NCBI GenBank assembly: GCA_963804995.1
Contig: CAWDSK010000004.1
Location: forward strand, 1-64,000
Source of the DNA: an uncultured Acidobacteriota bacterium
GTDB taxonomy: Bacteria; Acidobacteriota; Terriglobia; UBA7540
Length of the DNA stretch: 64,000 nt
Direction of reading: 5' to 3'
Part shown: in pieces, positions 60,166 through 64,000 of the stretch
How the letters are laid out: each line of letters starts with the position of its first letter
How positions within the stretch are numbered: the stretch's first letter is position 1
Notes under the pieces: generated by a model
What the model was told of the DNA's origin: nothing
What the model saw: the letters and a program-made list of their open reading frames with translations, nothing else
The model's database searches: none
Position numbers and translations under genes: made by a program

Positions 60166-61479
60166 ATGACGAAGCATCTTGAACGAAGGAATTTTCTGAA
60201 AGCTGCGGGCCTGGGGGCTTTAGGGGCGATGGGAAGCGCGAGTCCTGCCGCTAGTCTCCTACCGCCTGCGACGGCGGCGGCGATCAATGACCTGGAGCCC
60301 ATGAAGATTACCAAGATAGACGTGGTGAAATTCCGGAAGGGCCTGACCATTGATGGCACACCTCCTCCCTGGATGTGGGTGCGGCTTTACACCAACACCG
60401 GCATCGTTGGGGTGGGTGAGACCTACCCCTATACGGAAGGCCAGATCGGCACGCTGCGGGATCTTGTGGCCCGCGAGGCCAAGGAAACCGCCGGCCTTTT
60501 GGGAAGCGACCCGCGCGACATCGAGCGCACCTGGTATGCGATTTATGATCGCACTGCCTTTAACGTCATCGGCGGCGCGGAGATGCGAATTCTTTCCGCC
60601 ATCAACATCGCGCAGTGGGACATCCTGGGCAAATCGTTGGGGGCGCCGATTTATCGCCTGCTGGGCGGCAAAATCCAACAGAAATTGCGCGTTTACAATA
60701 CCTATACCGACTACTGGACGATCAATAATTGGCAGTTGGAAACGGATGCGGAGAAAATAGTGCGCTTCCTGCGTGACCGGGGAATCAAAGCCATCAAGTG
60801 CTACCCCTTCGACGCGGTCGGCCATCGCAACGACGGAAATCACATCTCTCCCATGGAAATCGACAAGGCGTTGGAATACATTAAACTGATTCGCGATAAA
60901 TTTGGCGACGATATGGAGATTGCCGTCGATGTTAATGCCCAGTGGAATCTCACCTCCGCCATCCTCATTGCCCGGGCGCTTGAGCCCTACAAGATCATGT
61001 TCCTGGAAGATGCGCTGTACCAGGGCAACATGGAGGCCTACTCGGTATTGACCCGGGAAACTTCCATCCCCATCACCGTCAGCGAACGCCTGGCTACGCG
61101 GTATCAGTTCCGGGAAGTGCTGGATAAGAAGGCCGCCAAGATCGTGATGTTTGACGTCACCTGGTGCGGAGGCATCTCCGAAGCGAAGAAGATTTCAGAC
61201 CTCGCCGACACCTACTACATCCCTGTCGCGCCTCATACCTGCGGTGGGCCGCTGCTGTGGTTCTCGACGATCCATACCGCCACCGCCGTGAAGAATTTCT
61301 GGATTACGGAAAGTTGCTACCATTTCTATACTTACCAGTACCCTTACTTCATCAAGAACGTGCCCGTCCCTCAGGATGGCTTCGTTACCGCGCCCGAGGG
61401 CCCTGGATTGGGAGTGGAATATCGCACCGAGCCCTTCGAGCGTGGCGATGCAATTGTGGAGGTGATCGCGGAGCTCTAA
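60166..61479 (+). CDS. Mandelate racemase family sugar-acid dehydratase (DgoD-like) with Tat signal
   Basis: ERRNFLK, GIVGVGE, WDILGK, AIKC (KxK), VDVN, LED, SERL and VAPH. Confidence 0.9.
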   Translation: MTKHLERRNFLKAAGLGALGAMGSASPAASLLPPATAAAINDLEPMKITKIDVVKFRKGLTIDGTPPPWMWVRLYTNTGIVGVGETYPYTEGQIGTLRDLVAREAKETAGLLGSDPRDIERTWYAIYDRTAFNVIGGAEMRILSAINIAQWDILGKSLGAPIYRLLGGKIQQKLRVYNTYTDYWTINNWQLETDAEKIVRFLRDRGIKAIKCYPFDAVGHRNDGNHISPMEIDKALEYIKLIRDKFGDDMEIAVDVNAQWNLTSAILIARALEPYKIMFLEDALYQGNMEAYSVLTRETSIPITVSERLATRYQFREVLDKKAAKIVMFDVTWCGGISEAKKISDLADTYYIPVAPHTCGGPLLWFSTIHTATAVKNFWITESCYHFYTYQYPYFIKNVPVPQDGFVTAPEGPGLGVEYRTEPFERGDAIVEVIAEL

Positions 61480-61507
61480 GCATCCAGGCCTAGGGGATTA
61501 GCAGGTA

Positions 61508-61704
61508 GCGCAGCGCGGCGATGCTGCAACCAAAAGAGAATCATAGCCCTCTCCGCAGGGGAGAGGGTGGACCGCCGCCGGCGTTCTCACCAGCCGGGGC
61601 GGGACGGGTGAGGGGTTACTTCACCACCCGATGAACAGACCCGCACCCAACTACGGAACTAGCAACGCCTTTTCTAGTTTGGTTGCGGAATCGCCGTGCT
61701 GTGC
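61508..61704. mobile_element. MITE-like element (about 197 bp)
   Basis: 27-bp imperfect IR GCGCAGCGCGGCGATGCTGCAACCAAA / TTTGGTTGCGGAATCGCCGTGCTGTGC enclosing a CCCTCTCC..GGAGAGGG REP. Confidence 0.65.
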
Positions 61705-61707
61705 CGC

Positions 61708-62442
61708 TTACGGCCGCATCATCACTTCCTGCGGTCGGGACGGCAGGCTGAATTCCGAACCGCGTTGCTGGTTCAGCTTCAGGGTGGCGGGAACATCCAG
61801 GTTGGCAATCTCAATCTTTCTTGTCCACGAGCCACTGGCCCAATAATTTGCGCTCGTGTACAAGGTGGTACCGATAATCGTATAGCTTTTGACCTCTTCC
61901 TCATGCCCGTCGCGAAACACCAGCACGGCCGGGGGAAGTGGGGGTTCGGTGGCTTCGTCCGGGCTAGGGAGAGCGGTGCGCCGAGGGGCCGCTTCCGCGG
62001 TTTCAGGCGGCGCAGGTTGCGCGTAAGCGGGCGACGGGCTGTAACCCGTGACCAGAACCCATTGATTCCCTTGCCTTTCGAGCAAGATGGGGTGGATCTG
62101 CCTCTCCGGCGGCGGAGGTTGAAGGGGCTGTCCAGCACTCTCCCACGGAGGCGCTTCGGTCATCGCGGGTTCGTATTCAGAGTAGTAATCCGGATACTGG
62201 AGATAACCCCATCCCCATCCAGGTCCCCATCCCCGCCCACGTCCTCTGGCACGATAGAATGGGTACGGTGGATGAGCCGGACGGAATGCACCTCTCCCAC
62301 CCATTCCGAAAGAGCCTCCCCAAGCCGGTCGACCCAGAGGGGCGGCCTTAGCCCCGATGCCCCTTTGAGCGGCGGCGGGCGACACAAAAACCAACGCTCC
62401 AAACACAGCGATGGGGATGGCAATGGTAATCCGATGTTTCAT
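61708..62442 (-). CDS. Secreted Gly/Pro-rich hypothetical protein
   Basis: Signal peptide, low-complexity middle region and globular C-terminus VLVFRDGH..LDVPATLKLN. Confidence 0.75.
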   Translation of the reverse strand: MKHRITIAIPIAVFGALVFVSPAAAQRGIGAKAAPLGRPAWGGSFGMGGRGAFRPAHPPYPFYRARGRGRGWGPGWGWGYLQYPDYYSEYEPAMTEAPPWESAGQPLQPPPPERQIHPILLERQGNQWVLVTGYSPSPAYAQPAPPETAEAAPRRTALPSPDEATEPPLPPAVLVFRDGHEEEVKSYTIIGTTLYTSANYWASGSWTRKIEIANLDVPATLKLNQQRGSEFSLPSRPQEVMMRP

Positions 62443-62563
62443 ACCCTGACCCTCATCCGCCTACAAAGGCCCCTGGGCTCTCCCGTCCAAGCTAAACGTC
62501 CATGGCGAATTGCTAATTTGCCCGGAAATCCGCGAGTTCTCGGTTTCTTGCTACGCTGCGGAA

Positions 62564-62985
62564 ATGCGCGATCTCGTGATCCTTTTCATCCATCTCCTCA
62601 CGACCGTCACCCGACTTGCGAGTCCCGGCGGCGTCCGCTGTGTAGTTGCCAAGTCCATCCTCGTCAAACATCAGCTGCTGATCCTCCATCGCTCGCGCCA
62701 GCGCGCTCCCCATCTCCGCCTAATGGATCGCATCGTCGCCGGTTGGTGCGCTCCGTTTATGCGGCCGTCCCGGCTGATCCGTTTGGCCATCGTTCTGAAG
62801 CCGTCGACGCTACTGTGGCTTCACCAGATCCTGACCCAGCGCAAGTATCGGCTGCTCTCTTCCCCGAAAGGCAGGCGAATGCCCGGTCCCAAAGGCCCGC
62901 CCAAAGAACTCCCGGTCGCGAACCTGCAATCATATCGATGGGAATCTCACTGCCGAGGACTGTATCAAACACCGATACCTGCTTA
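62564..62985 (+). pseudogene. Integrase-core transposase remnant with the catalytic core deleted
   Basis: N-terminus MRDLVILFIHLL..KHQLLIL..PGPKGP is joined directly to the C-terminal YRWESHCRGLYQTP motif. No rve/DDE core. Confidence 0.6.
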
Positions 62986-63063
62986 ATCCCTCATCGACGA
63001 GCGATTGCTTTGGCAGATCGATCGCGAAGCGGTCCTTCACCCAAGAGCTTTGCATCGCGGGAA

Positions 63064-64000
63064 TCACCGCGGGGCCGCGCCCGGTTTGCCCGGCCCTGCC
63101 GACGCAGGCAACAACCCGAGCGTCTCCGCCGCCGGCAGGGGCTTGCCCTGATCGAAATCACTCTGCAGCGCGTCGAACCGGGCAATCATCTCCTGCCAAA
63201 GGCCGCTCTGCCGGTCGTAAAGCTGCAACATATTCGGTAACCAGCTCGCGTGGTTCTCGCTCAGCCACAAATCCTTGTAGAGCTCGCGCAGCCGCGTGGT
63301 GTACTCCCGCAGGTCCTCCAGGCGGCCACCGTCTGGACTTTGAATGCTCCGGAGTTGGCCCATCGCCAGGTCCTTGTTATCCTTCTGGTGCTGGAGCGCC
63401 GTGGCGTAGAAGCCCGCGATCTCCTGCATGTAGAGATAACGCATGCCGAGGGCATCCAGCTTGAGCGCCGCGAAGCGCAGGTTGGCAAGGGTGTCGCGAT
63501 GGCGTTGGGCGCGGTCGGCGCTGGCGGTGAGGAGGTTGTAAGCATCCTCCGCCGTGCGCCTCACCTCCACCGCCACCGGCAGCGCCTTCCGGGCATCGGC
63601 TTGCCCGCGCGGGGTGAAGGGGTTGTGCCAGAACAAGGCGTCGTCGGTGCCGCCGTAATTCTCGTCATACAATTTTCCGGCGCCGCTCTGCCGCAACGTC
63701 TCGTTGAGGTGGCCGAGCTTCTTCAGGGCTTCCACAAAGCGGTGGTCGGAGTTGCGGTAGAAAGCCCAATCGAACTTGCTGTCGAAATCTTCGACGTCCG
63801 TGGGGCCGGCCTCCCAAGCCACTGCAGCTCCGTACACGATGCTCCACCAACCCTGGCCATAGAGAGTTTCGCCATCGTCGTTCCAGACCGTGTTATTCAT
63901 CCCCAGGGCGCCAACCTTCTTGCCTTCGTTCACAAATCTGCCAATATTCAATGCTGCATGTTCATAATCGGGCATCATCACACTGGTATTACCCACCCAG
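63064..64000 (-). CDS. Glycoside hydrolase family 20-like (beta-N-acetylhexosaminidase) C-terminal part; 5' end outside the window
   Basis: NI..F..EG..GALG..NTVWNDDGE..YGAAVAW motif followed by a helical domain. Confidence 0.7.
   Translation of the reverse strand, partial: WVGNTSVMMPDYEHAALNIGRFVNEGKKVGALGMNNTVWNDDGETLYGQGWWSIVYGAAVAWEAGPTDVEDFDSKFDWAFYRNSDHRFVEALKKLGHLNETLRQSGAGKLYDENYGGTDDALFWHNPFTPRGQADARKALPVAVEVRRTAEDAYNLLTASADRAQRHRDTLANLRFAALKLDALGMRYLYMQEIAGFYATALQHQKDNKDLAMGQLRSIQSPDGGRLEDLREYTTRLRELYKDLWLSENHASWLPNMLQLYDRQSGLWQEMIARFDALQSDFDQGKPLPAAETLGLLPASAGPGKPGAAPR

Noticed and set aside
61696..63240. 514-aa plus-strand ORF
   Set aside because: Arg/Pro-rich shadow overlapping three better-supported features.

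Overview
GC-rich bacterial chromosomal region. Gene content (Oar-like TonB-dependent receptor, many Tat-signal carbohydrate enzymes, REP-rich intergenic DNA) suggests Acidobacteriota, which is an inference. It holds about 45 CDS. (1) A 7-gene corrinoid methyl-transfer operon (unknown protein, MtaA/CmuA-type methyltransferase, corrinoid protein, small Cys-rich protein, RACE/ASKHA activase, pterin-binding methyltransferase, Virulence_fact-domain protein) converges on metH and diverges from a FadR/GntR regulator. A stand-alone core-MetE lies 40 kb away. (2) A 770-nt ORF-less group II intron is inserted antisense into a sugar-phosphate isomerase gene, with precise junctions. (3) A dispersed 44-bp sigma28-like promoter cassette occurs in 5 full copies, three at an exact 153-bp period, plus one core-only copy in front of a hybrid kinase. 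(4) An unknown gene carries a degenerate repeat array starting inside its own 3' end. (5) There is a type II R-M locus, complete ISKra4 and IS5 elements with target duplications, several MITE/REP families and pseudogene remnants. Three +1 single-base duplications in otherwise intact genes may be assembly errors. I saw no tRNA, rRNA or CRISPR array. All family assignments come from motif recognition by eye, not from database searches.
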